A stretch of DNA of 62,571 nucleotides, filler included, from Hausera hauseri (taxonomy: Eukaryota), in NCBI GenBank assembly GCA_046269625.1. It is 11 parts of 11 records of this genome, joined end to end, with 100 filler letters (N's around TTAATTAATTAA, not from the genome) between each part and the next. Parts side by side here need not be neighbours in the genome. Positions count along the whole stretch, not along the records: positions 1 to 4,087 come from JBJURY010770094.1; positions 4,188 to 10,446 come from JBJURY010119874.1; positions 10,547 to 15,783 come from JBJURY010301833.1; 8 more parts are not named here. One strand, 5' to 3'. Made by a program: the position numbers and the translations under genes. The notes under the pieces were generated by a model. It did not search any database, was not told where the DNA came from, and was given only the letters and a program-made list of their open reading frames with translations. Below, in pieces: positions 1-10,914 of this stretch (position 1 is the stretch's first letter; each line of letters starts with the position of its first letter).

Positions 1-231
1 TGTAGGGTCGAGGTTACAAGACAGCGATACTACGCCAATGGAGAAAATAAAAAGGTAGTGGAGATACTGCCCCCAAAACCCACTACACCCTACCACTTTG
101 AACCGCAATCACAACAAGATGAATCAAATTCGGAAGCGGACTTACGTGAACAAATGAACCGGTTACGCGGCACCTCTTCTGACGCAATAAGCAGATCCGA
201 GAGTGCCGTTCAGGGAGGAGTAATGTTGTAG
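1..231 (+). CDS. C-terminal end of the retroelement 3' ORF (CRVEVTRQ...SAVQGGVML*), reading through the PPT into the LTR
   Basis: Frame 1 is open from 1 to TAG at 229-231; the end matches the reverse complement of 59226-59300; it starts with CRV, like the last RING residues CRA in contig 11. Confidence 0.7.
   Translation, partial: CRVEVTRQRYYANGENKKVVEILPPKPTTPYHFEPQSQQDESNSEADLREQMNRLRGTSSDAISRSESAVQGGVML
212..223 (+). promoter_or_regulatory. Polypurine tract (AGGGAGGAGTAA)
   Basis: Purine run immediately before the LTR start TGTTGTAG. Confidence 0.7.
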
Positions 232-931
232 AAAGTAGAAAATTCGCTATTTGTAAATATTTACACTAAAATGAAAGCGAAATTGAAAATGAAAATCGAA
301 ACCAAAACACCATATGTGTAGAAAGGCAAATTGTTTCATTTGTGATTAGGACAGAGAAATTGCAAAATCTTGCATGCCAAATGTAAAAAAAATAATTGGT
401 GTCTGAAACGAATGGAATTAAATCATACGAAATTGCAAGAGAAATAGATAAAAATTAGAAACTGTCGTTAATCACTTGCATGACATTACTATATAAGCAC
501 ACTGAAATAGTGTTGTATATAGACTGTAGAGAATTGTAGCGCCTATCTAGAAATTCTAAGAAATTCTTAACGACTGATACAGAGATTGGATCATCCTTTG
601 GAAATTCGGACTGTGAGACATTCAATGTTGATTATTGGTATTGTTATTTGTGCTGTAATAAAATATTTATTCATTAAACTTCTTATAGATTCCGTCGTTC
701 CTTACGACGGACTAGTACTACATTAAGATTAAACTGAAATCAAGCTTCATAGATAAGTTGAGAATTTTTTCTAAACTACGCAAGGCACAGCACGCAGTAC
801 ACGCATCCTAAACTAGTGCAAACATTTTAACGAGAACGTTAGAACTTATCTGCTAAATAAATATTGTTAAAATTGAGTTTCATAATTGTTATAGTTGGCT
901 ATTGCATAGGACCCACCTTCAACTACTAACA
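224..931 (+). repeat. LTR (~708 bp) of Ty3/Gypsy element
   Basis: TGTTGTAG...CTACTAACA termini, TATATAA at ~490, AATAAA at ~657; PPT on the left, PBS on the right. Confidence 0.75.
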
Positions 932-933
932 TT

Positions 934-950
934 TGGCGACCCTAGCAGGA
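934..950 (+). promoter_or_regulatory. Primer binding site TGGCGACCCTAGCAGGA (tRNA-Arg type)
   Basis: TGG 2 nt after the LTR CA; resembles the complement of tRNA-Arg 3' ends, as in 412/mdg1-lineage Gypsy elements. Confidence 0.75.
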
Positions 951-1002
951 CATTTTGCACTTACTACACTTGACTTTCATCGAAAATTAACGACACAATA
1001 GC

Positions 1003-4000
1003 AATGAGCGCTACCGCAGCAAATAATTGGTTATAGATTGTTGTAAATTTAAAATTCGGGATTTATGAGAAACTCTCAGTATTATAACGACACATTATTG
1101 AATCAAGAACGAATATTGATAGATTTAAGTCATACAATAGTCTAAATTTTACTTTAAACGGCAAGAAGAATATTCATCTTCGCGAAACACGCATTAAAGT
1201 TTATAGACAAGATAAGACGTTGAGTAGACGCACTTTATTTGAAACAAATTTAACTAATATTGAACCTATTGACTTAAAACAACCTGTTGAATTTAAGGTT
1301 CCTGATAAGAGAATTAGAACTCGTAAGGCAATTAAGCAAAACCGAATAATTGTCGAAAATGGTTGAAAATCAAGCAGTAGAGCCGAAACTGGCCATTTTT
1401 ACACTTGACTCTCTGCATCTGCCGGCATACGACGGAGACTCCAACGGACTAAACGAATTACTGAGTACTTATAAGCAGTACGCAGAAGTGCTGTACTTGC
1501 ATCTAACGTAATGATTAAGCGTCTGTCACTATATTTAAAGAATTTGGCCGCGGGTGCCTATAGTGAGCTCACTGACGACGAGAAAAAAACCTGGTCATCC
1601 TTGGTAGGAGCCCTAAATCGAAAATTAATGCCGACTGTAATTCCGCAACAAAAACTCATGGCTTTTCAGAATAGAGTACAACAAATAGGTGAATCGATAG
1701 CCCAATTCCCTTTTGCCTTAAAGAAATTGGTGAACAGTTACGTAAGCACCTTAAGGATAGCAAGCATAGCCAAGGTTAAAATCGAAGCAGAACGCGAAGC
1801 CGCAGAAGGAGCAAGTCCTCCAGATTTAGGCGTTATGATGATGACGCAGTTAATAGATAGTATTTGGTCTAAAGACATAGTAAAGCAATTAATTCTAGCA
1901 CAACCACAGAACTTTGATAAGACATTGTAATTATCTCAGGACTTAGAAATGGCACTGGATAGATATACCAGAAACAACGACAGAAATTACAGAAATAACG
2001 ATCAAAGTGATCGAGGCGATAGAAATAGGAATAATAGAAATGGTAGGCGATTAAACTGGAATCATGGGGATCGGAATAAGAACGGTAGCTATGATCACAA
2101 AGGTAATCGGTATGGTAATCAGAATTTTGATAATAGCCGAAATAGTTCATCTAGTAAACTAAGCTACAATTCGGATAGACGCCTAGATAGCTCCAGAAAT
2201 TTTAACAATGGAAATCGACAGAATGACAGCCGAAGTTATGATAATAAACAATATGGGGACCCCAGACAAGCCCCGCAACATTAGAATTACAATAGGAATC
2301 CGAGTAGATAGAAATCTCCGGTAAATGAAGACGGTCGACAAAGGGTCGGCAGAAATGGCAACTTAATTTGCTACACATGTGGTCAAGAAGGACACATAGC
2401 AAGATCTTGTCCAAACCCACGAAGTGTTTCGCTTGTTGAGCCTAGCAAAACTAATGTAATAAAAAATGAAAACGTAGAAGCAATTTACTGTATCGGTAAG
2501 GACACAGGTATGATCATTGAAATACAAGATTTACGACGTTTCTTAAAGGCCCAGCCTGATACTAAGGACTCCAAAGTTTTAGTGGCCAAAAACAAGTACG
2601 AACATAAATTACGATTATTAGAAGTTTACCATGGACTGCGTGAGCCAGAAACCGAATATGAACATTCCATTGGCTTACCACGGCTTATCGACATAGCTCG
2701 GAAAAAGAACATTCCTACGATAAACAGAGTCAGAGGAAACAGGAAAACTCGAGACTCCGGATGAAGTAGATTTAGACGCAAAACCAGAATATATGGCAAA
2801 AAAGGTAAGTCAAAGGGTACACACCGACGTAGAAAAAGAATTTATGGAACCGCTAATACTTAAAATTACAAAGAATACAGTTCGCAGCCCATTGTTAAGA
2901 CGGAAACGTAAGGATCTTACGAGATCCCCAATGACTAAGTAAAAGTCTGACAGAAGGAAGGAAACCGAAACTGTTGGAAAGTGACACAGAATTCACTTTG
3001 AATATTTCGGAAATTAATTTAACTACGCCTGGCGAAACGGATGAGCAAACGAAATCCGTAAACGAAATAAACGATATATGTCCATTACCTATTAATGACA
3101 GAATAAGGTGAAAAACTCGATCCTAAGAAATGGAAAATCAGACGCTCGTGGAAAAATACTGATGAATTAAAGAGAATGAGGACTACCTGTCTAAACCCAG
3201 AGGTAGTGTAACAGAACCTAGAGAAACTTAAAGCAATGAGGTAGCAAGTGGATATATGTGATATGGAACAGAAGTTTGTAGAAAGATTGTACAAAAAGAT
3301 GAAATTATATAGTGAAGGGAAACTAAGTAAAGCTACAGACTTAGATCAACCTAACGAAATGGCAAAGATAACATTAGCCAGGTGGAAACACGAATTAGAA
3401 ATATGGATGAAAAGTGGAGTAAAGATCCCGGAGGCGTGGGCAACACTATCCAGGATGTCAAAGCTAGAATCAATCAAGCCCAGTTGCTATTGACCACATT
3501 AGAAGCCAACCCGAAACTAAAAAGTGTAACGCGTAACTTAGAGCGCATAATGAATGAAATTACATTTGCAATGGTCGAACGACTGAAGGAAAATCCGGCC
3601 AAAGAATGAAATGAAGTTGATCTAGAGATGTTTGGCATAGACTCAATAGATATTTCACCTTCAATGGAAATAATAAAAATCGCTTCTATCGCAACAAAAC
3701 AATATACAAATCTGGAAAATCGGATTAAAATTGAAATCGAAAAAAGATCGCGAATATGCAGTCTGAGAAATAGAATTATGCAAACAAATAATGATGAAAC
3801 ACAGAAAATAATTACGGCCTGTATCCTCGAGTTTGATGATTATAAAGATGAGTTCAACTACGCCCATCAGATCATTGATTTTATTAAAGGTCCAGGTGAT
3901 GAACTAAAAGACGCTCATAAAACGTTAGACAAAGCAATATGGGAAAAATTAAAAATCGATGACCAATTGAATGAGTGGTCCAGAGTAATAACGAGGTTGA

Positions 4001-4087
4001 GTAAACTGGTAGAAAGTCACAAAAAAGAATTTCCAGAGAGCGAGCGGACAGTAAAGAAACAATTAGAAGACGCACGAAATTTAGATA
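1003..4087 (+). pseudogene. gag: Degenerate elongated gag: capsid-like region, R/N/D-rich tract, CCHC knuckle at 2369-2410 (CYTCGQEGHIARSC), then >1.6 kb of coiled-coil-like coding sequence
   Basis: ORF fragments 1511-1930, 1949-2284 and 2510-4087 broken by stops and frameshifts; CX2CX4HX4C read directly; homologous to 20794-21200. Confidence 0.8.
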
Positions 4088-4187
4088 NNNNNNNNNNNNN
4101 NNNNNNNNNNNNNNNNNNNNNNNNNNNNNNNTTAATTAATTAANNNNNNNNNNNNNNNNNNNNNNNNNNNNNNNNNNNNNNNNNNNN
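4088..4187. other. Artificial contig linker (N44-TTAATTAATTAA-N44); also at 10447-10546, 15784-15883, 20145-20244, 25066-25165, 39262-39361, 43390-43489, 47599-47698, 53741-53840, 58417-58516
   Basis: Ten identical 100-nt spacers with a six-frame stop linker; adjacency across them has no biological meaning. Confidence 0.98.
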
Positions 4188-4589
4188 TGAAATCAAAGGG
4201 AATGTTCACTAAATGTAAACACAACGAAACTGTTTTTAAAACCCAATATAAGCAATTATTTGAAACAAACGCCGGTTGGTTTGTCTTCGTTACGGGGACT
4301 CGAAAGCATTGCAGTATCTCAAAGAGGTTCTTCAGGTGCGACACTGTCGTAGCTAAGGGATCCACGAATAGGCTCTAGCAAGCGGATAGCTATCTGGTGT
4401 TGTATTCATTGATTTTTGAATAATAATCAATGATGGCCTGGGGATATTAAGTTTTATGTGTTTTTAGTATTGTTGAGTTTCACGCGTTACTCCATACAAC
4501 CTACACATCAGATCAATAATTTTAGGTAGTAAATTCATTATTCATGGTATGGCTGTATATAGCCGACCATTCACTATCATCATCCTCAG

Positions 4590-4860
4590 TCCCATAACTT
4601 ATAGTGGTCGTAGGAACACATTCAGTGTTGCTTAACGACCCTTCTCCATTCGTCTCGGTTGTTTACAGTGATGCGGTGAACGTCAAGCCTGTCCATTCAT
4701 TTTTAATATACCGCAATCTTTTCTTCTAACGACCTTGTTGTTTCTTGCCCGGTATACTGCCTTGCATGATTATTTGCGCAAGACTGTTAGATCTTGTGAC
4801 ATGGGTGTGTCATTTGAGCTTCTGTTCCTTCACTGTTGCGAAATGATCCTTATGGTCTGA
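4590..4860 (-). mobile_element. RTE-clade LINE 3' end remnant
   Basis: Minus-strand translation ATVKEQKLK*HTHVTRSNSLAQIIMQGSIPGKKQQGR*KKR...EWTGLTF matches the RTE ORF C-terminal pattern. Confidence 0.7.
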
Positions 4861-5467
4861 TGTTTTTCTTTTAATGAAAATGTGGACACTCCACGTCCCA
4901 TCATACCTCATTAAGACGTGAATGGGGTTCCTTTACTTGTACTTTATCACGGCAACGAGATTGCAGAGTGACTAACTTGAACAGAAAAGACCATCTACTC
5001 AAGGATTGCATAATGATCAGCTTAGAACGCCGATTACACAACACGCACGAAATGTATTATTTGACACACAAATCAGACCAGTGGGAGGCACAACTTCCGA
5101 CTCAGTAACGTAAACATAGGCGCCTGGGCACACAACAAACACTACAAGCACGGGTTTCTTTCCCTGGACGGGATTTAAAATGTCCGCTTTAACTGGAACC
5201 TTAGTTTCCCTGATCCTGGACACACTGAAGGTGTACAGCCAAAACAACTACAGACGAGCCGGACAAACTTGAATCAGTGAAATCGCTGACTGACTATAGA
5301 GTACGTTTTACGCAAGGCCCAGTAGAACAAAACGACCATGACAGTATGATGGGATCACAGATGATAGAAACAAAAATAAATACTGCAGCAAAGCTTTTTC
5401 TATGATGAAATCCTAAAGGCACAGAGAAAAACTGAAATGTGACCAGTTTAAACCAAAAAAACACGTG

Positions 5468-5473
5468 TTTATT
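5468..5473 (-). terminator. Candidate polyadenylation signal of irf5
   Basis: AATAAA on the minus strand ~760 nt after the stop, followed by a T-rich tract. Confidence 0.5.
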
Positions 5474-6232
5474 ACAGTAAAAACAGGAAATGGTTATAAT
5501 GAATCACATTTTTAGTCTTCAGACTGACTGAATGGAGATTTCCATTTCTCTTCTTGCTATAATTCACATTTTCTGCTCTAAATTCTGGATCAAAATTTCT
5601 CTGGACTTTGTTTTTTTTTTGCTCTCAGTCTCAGTTCTAACAGCTGTAAAACTTAGTTTATCATAACTTGATGTAGTTTTTAAAAAAATCACAAACTTCT
5701 ACAAAAATGACAGCATATTAACTGGATCTGAAAGTCTTAGTTAAGGAAACGGGAAGAGATCGATCAGAAGCGCTGAAACTGGACCTGGGACATGCACCAT
5801 CCTGCAGAGGTCGGGTTTTCCTCCACAGCTCAGAGCAAATCAAGCAAAATAAAAACAAAGATTGTCTGAGCTTAAATAACACTGTATCAAGCCCCACATG
5901 GACTCCAAAGCACAGAACATTTATGGTGCTAAGCTACATGTAGCCACGGCTGCCCTGGGGCACAGACTGGTGGAACGGGATCAAACCGACAACCCGACGA
6001 CCCCCCTGACCACTCCACCCAGAGACCATAAAGTCTAGAGACACATTACAGGAAGGGAAACAGAATCTTGGGTGAATTCTGAAGCAGCTAAATCTGTGAA
6101 ACGTAAGAAAAAAGTTTAGTCGGCACTTTTTGAGCGGTGAAACCAACCCCAGTCGAGTTTTCTGTGGAACCAGGAGCGCTTTCATACAAACTCTGTAGAA
6201 CTGCTTCAGGGTCCATCCTAGGCCAGAACCGC

Positions 6233-8987
6233 TCAGCTATTCCCCAGGGAGAAGCCACTGTTCATGGGAGCATTTAGGGTCCCGGGGGGAATACTGGGAC
6301 CCCAGGGCCCCTGGGCCCCGTGCTGGCTCTGCAGGAGCCTTTGTAACTCTTTGAACTGTTCCACTGTCTGGTCCTTCACATCAGGATTGGAGATCTGCAG
6401 CCGGATGCTCTCTGTGGACCAGTTCAGTTCTCCAGAAAACATCTCCGTCAAGATCCGAGCCACCACTGGAACCACCTGGACGATGATCAGCTTCTTCTCT
6501 TTGGGTTTCTTGTCAGGCCAGTCTTCTCCAAAACAGAAGAAGACCTCAAAGGGTGGTGGGTTTGGAGCTTCCCCCCTCTGGAACAAGATGAGGCCTGAAG
6601 AACAGAAGCATGCGTGTGAAACTCATGGGTGACGGTGAAAAGGAAACCTTTGGAGGGAACAGACCTTGCAGGAAGTCATTGAGGCTGAACACTTTGATCT
6701 TCCTCTCTCTCTCCATTGGGTTTGGTGGTCCCTGTTCTGCCATGCCCTGTCCGGACCAGAACACCTTGCACTGACAGAGGCGGATGGCATAGATGTCTTG
6801 TTCTTGTATCTCCAGGATGAGACCTCGATCCATCACATCCAGCAGGGCCTCCGTGTAGAACCGCTGCTTCTGGTTCTGGATCTCAGACGTGCCTGGAAAC
6901 AGGACCTGCTGCAGAGTCACGGGCCCAAACAGTTCCACCTGCTCTGGAGTTGGTTCTAGGTGTCCATAGTACAGACGACAGCCCTGGGGATTACTGACTG
7001 TAAGAGAGCTCACCATGCGCCCCCTGTATAGGAACTTCAGGTCCAGGTCTGTTACTACAGCAACAAGAGAAGAGAAGAGAAGATTAGATGTTGCTGTGAG
7101 AACCTTCAACCAGGCCCTGTACACTCATCATGGCTGAAGTGCTGGACTGGAGCATGTTAGACATAGACTCATGTAAACAGGTGTAAGTCCAGGTGTTTTC
7201 CAATGACTGCTGCAGATCTGTGACCCTAACAAGTGTGTTCACGAATCAGCGGCTTCACTAAAGACTGAACACTTTTAGGAGCAGAATATTTACCAGGATC
7301 AACCTTTAGTTCTAAAAACACATCAGAGCACCGTTTGTAGATCTCTTACTGTGCAGATGCACTCGAGTCCCTCAGAGCATCTTTAATAAATTTAATATCA
7401 GACTCACATGGTACGCTGCTCAGCAGATCATACTTGCAGGGCTGGTGGTTCTGAGGGTCCGCCTGGTTCTGGATGACCCCCATGTTGCTGGTTTCCATTG
7501 ATTCGGGCACTGGCTGAGCAGAGACAGCTGCGGGGGGTAGCGAATTCAGGTCCTGGAGTCTTCCAGGTGGACCAAAGCCCCTCTGAGCCTGCAGATCAGG
7601 GCTCATTGGGAGGAGGGGCACCGGGATCACATGTGGAGGTGCAAATGTTCCGTTGGAGGATAAACCGAAAGAGGTAAAGGTTGATGGTTCACTGATCCGG
7701 GGATCTGTTGACATGTTACATCATCAGCAGCAGCTGTGTTACCATGGAAACACCAATCAATACCTTTTACTTACTAATAGTGAGGTCCATCAAATTTGGC
7801 ATCTGAAAGGATTCAAATTTGTTGAATTAGAAGACTTAATATTACAATGTTGATAGTCTTTAACCCTCTTCTTACCTCTTCTTCATCCTCTTCAGCTCCA
7901 TCTGAAACAATCAGGAAACTTTGCTTGTCAGGAGCTAAATGTTCACTTTTACAGGACTTTGGATTAGAGATGCTAAACGGTAAGTTTCAGAAAACTTAAA
8001 TAGTGATGCTAAATGTTAATTTATGAAAAAAATTGGAGTTTAGATAAGTTAATTAGTTAAAGTTAGGTGTGCATTCTCACCTGTGTTCCCAAGCAGCTCG
8101 CACACTTCGTAGATTTTGTATGGTTTCACTGGAGTCTCTTTAGTTCCGTCATATTTCAGCTGAAACTCTCGGCTTTTGTTCAGAGCGCAGCGCAGGTTGG
8201 CCTTCCACTTGGTGGGATCAGGCTCATCCACACCCTCCTGATATTTTCCTGTCTCCACTGCCCACGCCTGTGACACAAAACAAGTCCCAGAACCAAGAAC
8301 AAGACAGTTCCTGTTGGTTCTGCTTCTACAATATCCTCATGCTGAAAATGCTCCAGCACATAATCCTTGAAGAAAAACCTGTGGTGCTTTAATGGAGCAG
8401 CAGACAGGATTTTACCTGTTAAATGTGGGCGGAGCCTGGCTTCTTTCTTTATGTTGGACCCAGATTGGATCAGACTACGAGCACAGGTTCTGTTTGTTCT
8501 GAGCGGATTTGATTTAGATTTTGATTTGTTTTACACAACCTTTCAGTCTGGCAAAAAAGATAATAGAAAAAACAGGAAGTGCAGAGGAGTGAAAGAGGAA
8601 GTGACATCATGGCCAGCAGCAGTTCTTTAGAAAGTAAGAAATGAAACTTTAAGAGGAAGTCAAAGAGAACAGGAAGTTGATCCGAAGCACAAAAAAACGA
8701 TTCAACTTTGAGTTCAGTGTTTCAGCTCCCTCCCAAAAACCTCTTTGGGGTGGGGGGCCTCACCAGGTTCTACCCTGAATCCAACAGTTTAGAGAAATAA
8801 AAAGCCATCAAACCTTAAAGATTGTGTTTTCCTCATCTGACACCTGAGTGTGGCGAGTCGCGTGTTTCCAGGGGATCTGAAAAAGACGGTGGTCTGAGCT
8901 GAGCCACTGGAGACCAGGATACCTGCCAGTGTTCACCTGAGCCAGCAACCAGGGCTTCAGTCGAATCCTGCGAGGTTGGATGCTCAT
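6233..8987 (-). CDS. irf5: Teleost interferon regulatory factor 5; coding exons 8987-8814, 8267-8081, 7901-7876, 7802-7775, 7704-7408, 7054-6665, 6594-6233 (1464 nt, 487 aa)
   Basis: Trp-repeat DNA-binding domain ([14 protein letters not shown]...[11 protein letters not shown]...AWAVETGKY...[13 protein letters not shown]) and IAD/C-terminus ([11 protein letters not shown]...RLCQCKVFW...IRLQISNPD); all introns GT-AG and the frame stays intact. Confidence 0.93.
8570..8680. promoter_or_regulatory. Intronic ETS/PU.1 and IRF site cluster in irf5
   Basis: Four GGAAGT cores and GAAATGAAAC within ~110 bp. Confidence 0.5.
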
Positions 8988-9242
8988 GCCTGCATGGACT
9001 GGGGGGAGCAGGGGGAACAGAACATGTTGGTCTTTGGACTGAACTGAGTCTGGCTCTACGGGTGTTAGTACACTGATCTGGAACCTCCAAACTAAAGAAC
9101 CTCAGGACCTCCAGACTGAACAGCTCAGTTAGTTAACTGGTGGAAACCAGCAGGTTAGTCACTTTAACTGGTTGGTTAGTTAACTTGAAAGAAAGAGGGG
9201 AGGAGGGTGGTCCCAAGGCAGGTTCTGCAGGTCAGGACTTAC

Positions 9243-9345
9243 CGGTTCGGGCCCTGGTTCTGACTGCTGTGTGTAGAACAGCTCAGGTCCTACAGCGAAG
9301 CGTCGGACAGGAAAGTGCAGAGAGGCAGGTAGACGACTGACGGCT
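9243..9345 (-). other. Probable non-coding exon 1 of irf5 (5' boundary approximate)
   Basis: Consensus donor CCG|GTAAGT at 9243/9242 upstream of the ATG exon. Confidence 0.5.
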
Positions 9346-9654
9346 TAGCTGCTGTCAAGTCAGACTAAATAAAACTACTTCCTGTTTTATACTTTACTCC
9401 TTTCACAATAAAGCTTTGCTTATAAACTTTGGAATCTAAATGAAGAAAATACTGAAGGACTGAAAGGGTTATCATATGAAAATGAAATGAGTAATTTTAA
9501 TATTTTCCAGAAGGTTAGGTTTTCTGAGGTTTTTTTAAAGGTGTGGCTCCATTTAACCTTTTTATATTTGTCCTCAAAACTCAATTTTCTTGTTGGTAAA
9601 GTGATACTTTAATGTTTGTAGTTTATCAAAAATTATCTGCAAATATGGATGTTT

Positions 9655-9672
9655 TGTATGTGTGTGTGTGTG

Positions 9673-9704
<32 letters not shown>

Positions 9705-9722
9705 ATGTATGTATGTATGTGT
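9655..9722. repeat. (GT)n/(AT)n/(ATGT)n compound microsatellite
   Basis: Read directly. Confidence 0.9.
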
Positions 9723-10590
9723 ATTGTGGTGGATTCTTCTACCACCACCACACAGTGTTAGTATTTGTTTCTTATTTCTATGAGTTCCAAATGATACTTT
9801 ATAGAAGTTATGTTAATATTGGTTTACTTGCTTTTTTTTCTTTGAGGTTCTGCAAGCAGAGACCAGCTGAAGGTGTTGAAGCCATTAAGCCAGGAACAAA
9901 CTACTTCAAAGGACTGAAGGGGGGGTGGACTTTATTTGTTAAAATTAGGAACTTAATGTCCTGCTAAATACAAGATAAAACTATATGGTTTAATGTAACA
10001 TTGCAACAAGCATATTGCATTTAGATTAAGTTTTATGATTCTAAATCAGCATAGTTGGAGATAAATCTTAATTTCCTGTTGAAAGCCTTATTGATTTTCC
10101 TCTGCTCCATTTCCTCTCTGTTTGGAGTTTAACATGGTGCTTTCCATCATTTATATGGCTGGCTCAAAGCTTTACTAGCTGGACTACACTGTCCCTCTGT
10201 AAGTATAGAAATAGTCTAATATATAGTACAATGAATTAGCCACCGCTCAATATTCACAATCATAGGGAGGTTTGAAAATTATACTATATTGTGATTTTAA
10301 AATATGGAATTGTATAGTTGATAAGAAAGTTACTAATGATAGAAAAATTTTATATAAACAAAAACCATTATGTTTTGGAATGTATTTAAAATCACAATAT
10401 CCAGAATTAATAAAATCAAAATATGCTGAATATTATGGTGAAGATGNNNNNNNNNNNNNNNNNNNNNNNNNNNNNNNNNNNNNNNNNNNNTTAATTAATT
10501 AANNNNNNNNNNNNNNNNNNNNNNNNNNNNNNNNNNNNNNNNNNNNAAAATTATTATTATTGTTTGAAATATATTGTTCATAATACCTCA

Positions 10591-10803
10591 TGTGACTTTT
10601 GCGGGATAACAAATGACAAATTCACCCAATCGGGGATGAAAGAATAATCACAAATTCGCCCAATCCGGGATACTTTATAATAACGGATTCATCCAATCCG
10701 GGATAAGTACTAATTTTCGATTCACACAATCCGAAATACTATATACTCATTGATTCACCCCATCGGGGATAATAAATAAGTACCGGTTCATCAATTCGTA
10801 AAA
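10591..10803. repeat. Repeat-spacer array with ~33-bp period: 17-bp repeat TTCRYCCAATCSGGGAT and 16-17-bp unique spacers
   Basis: Repeats at 10621, 10655, 10688, 10721 and 10754, with degenerate copies at ~10591 and 10787. Confidence 0.85.
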
Positions 10804-10914
10804 TTCACTTTTGTTTAAACGCATCAATTCAAAGGGGAGGGTATAGGGTTTTGGTCCAGAACTCCCATTTTTCCTCTACTCACGTTGCCGGCTAGCTTTG
10901 CGGCTTGAATTGTT

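Noticed and set aside
1003-4087. Stop-codon reassignment to explain in-frame stops in the AT-rich contigs
   Set aside because: All three stop types and frameshifts co-occur, which fits decay or sequencing error
4132-4143. TTAATTAATTAA palindromes and ORFs ending in XXX-LIN
   Set aside because: Synthetic linker
6264-6959. Plus-strand ORFs of 122 and 97 aa
   Set aside because: Antisense shadows of irf5 exons
10272-10446. AT-rich ORF resembling giant-virus coding DNA
   Set aside because: Too short and truncated to assign
10591-10803. Calling the array a true CRISPR
   Set aside because: Repeats are 17 bp and degenerate, spacers are 16 bp, and there are no cas genes or leader; kept only as an unexplained array
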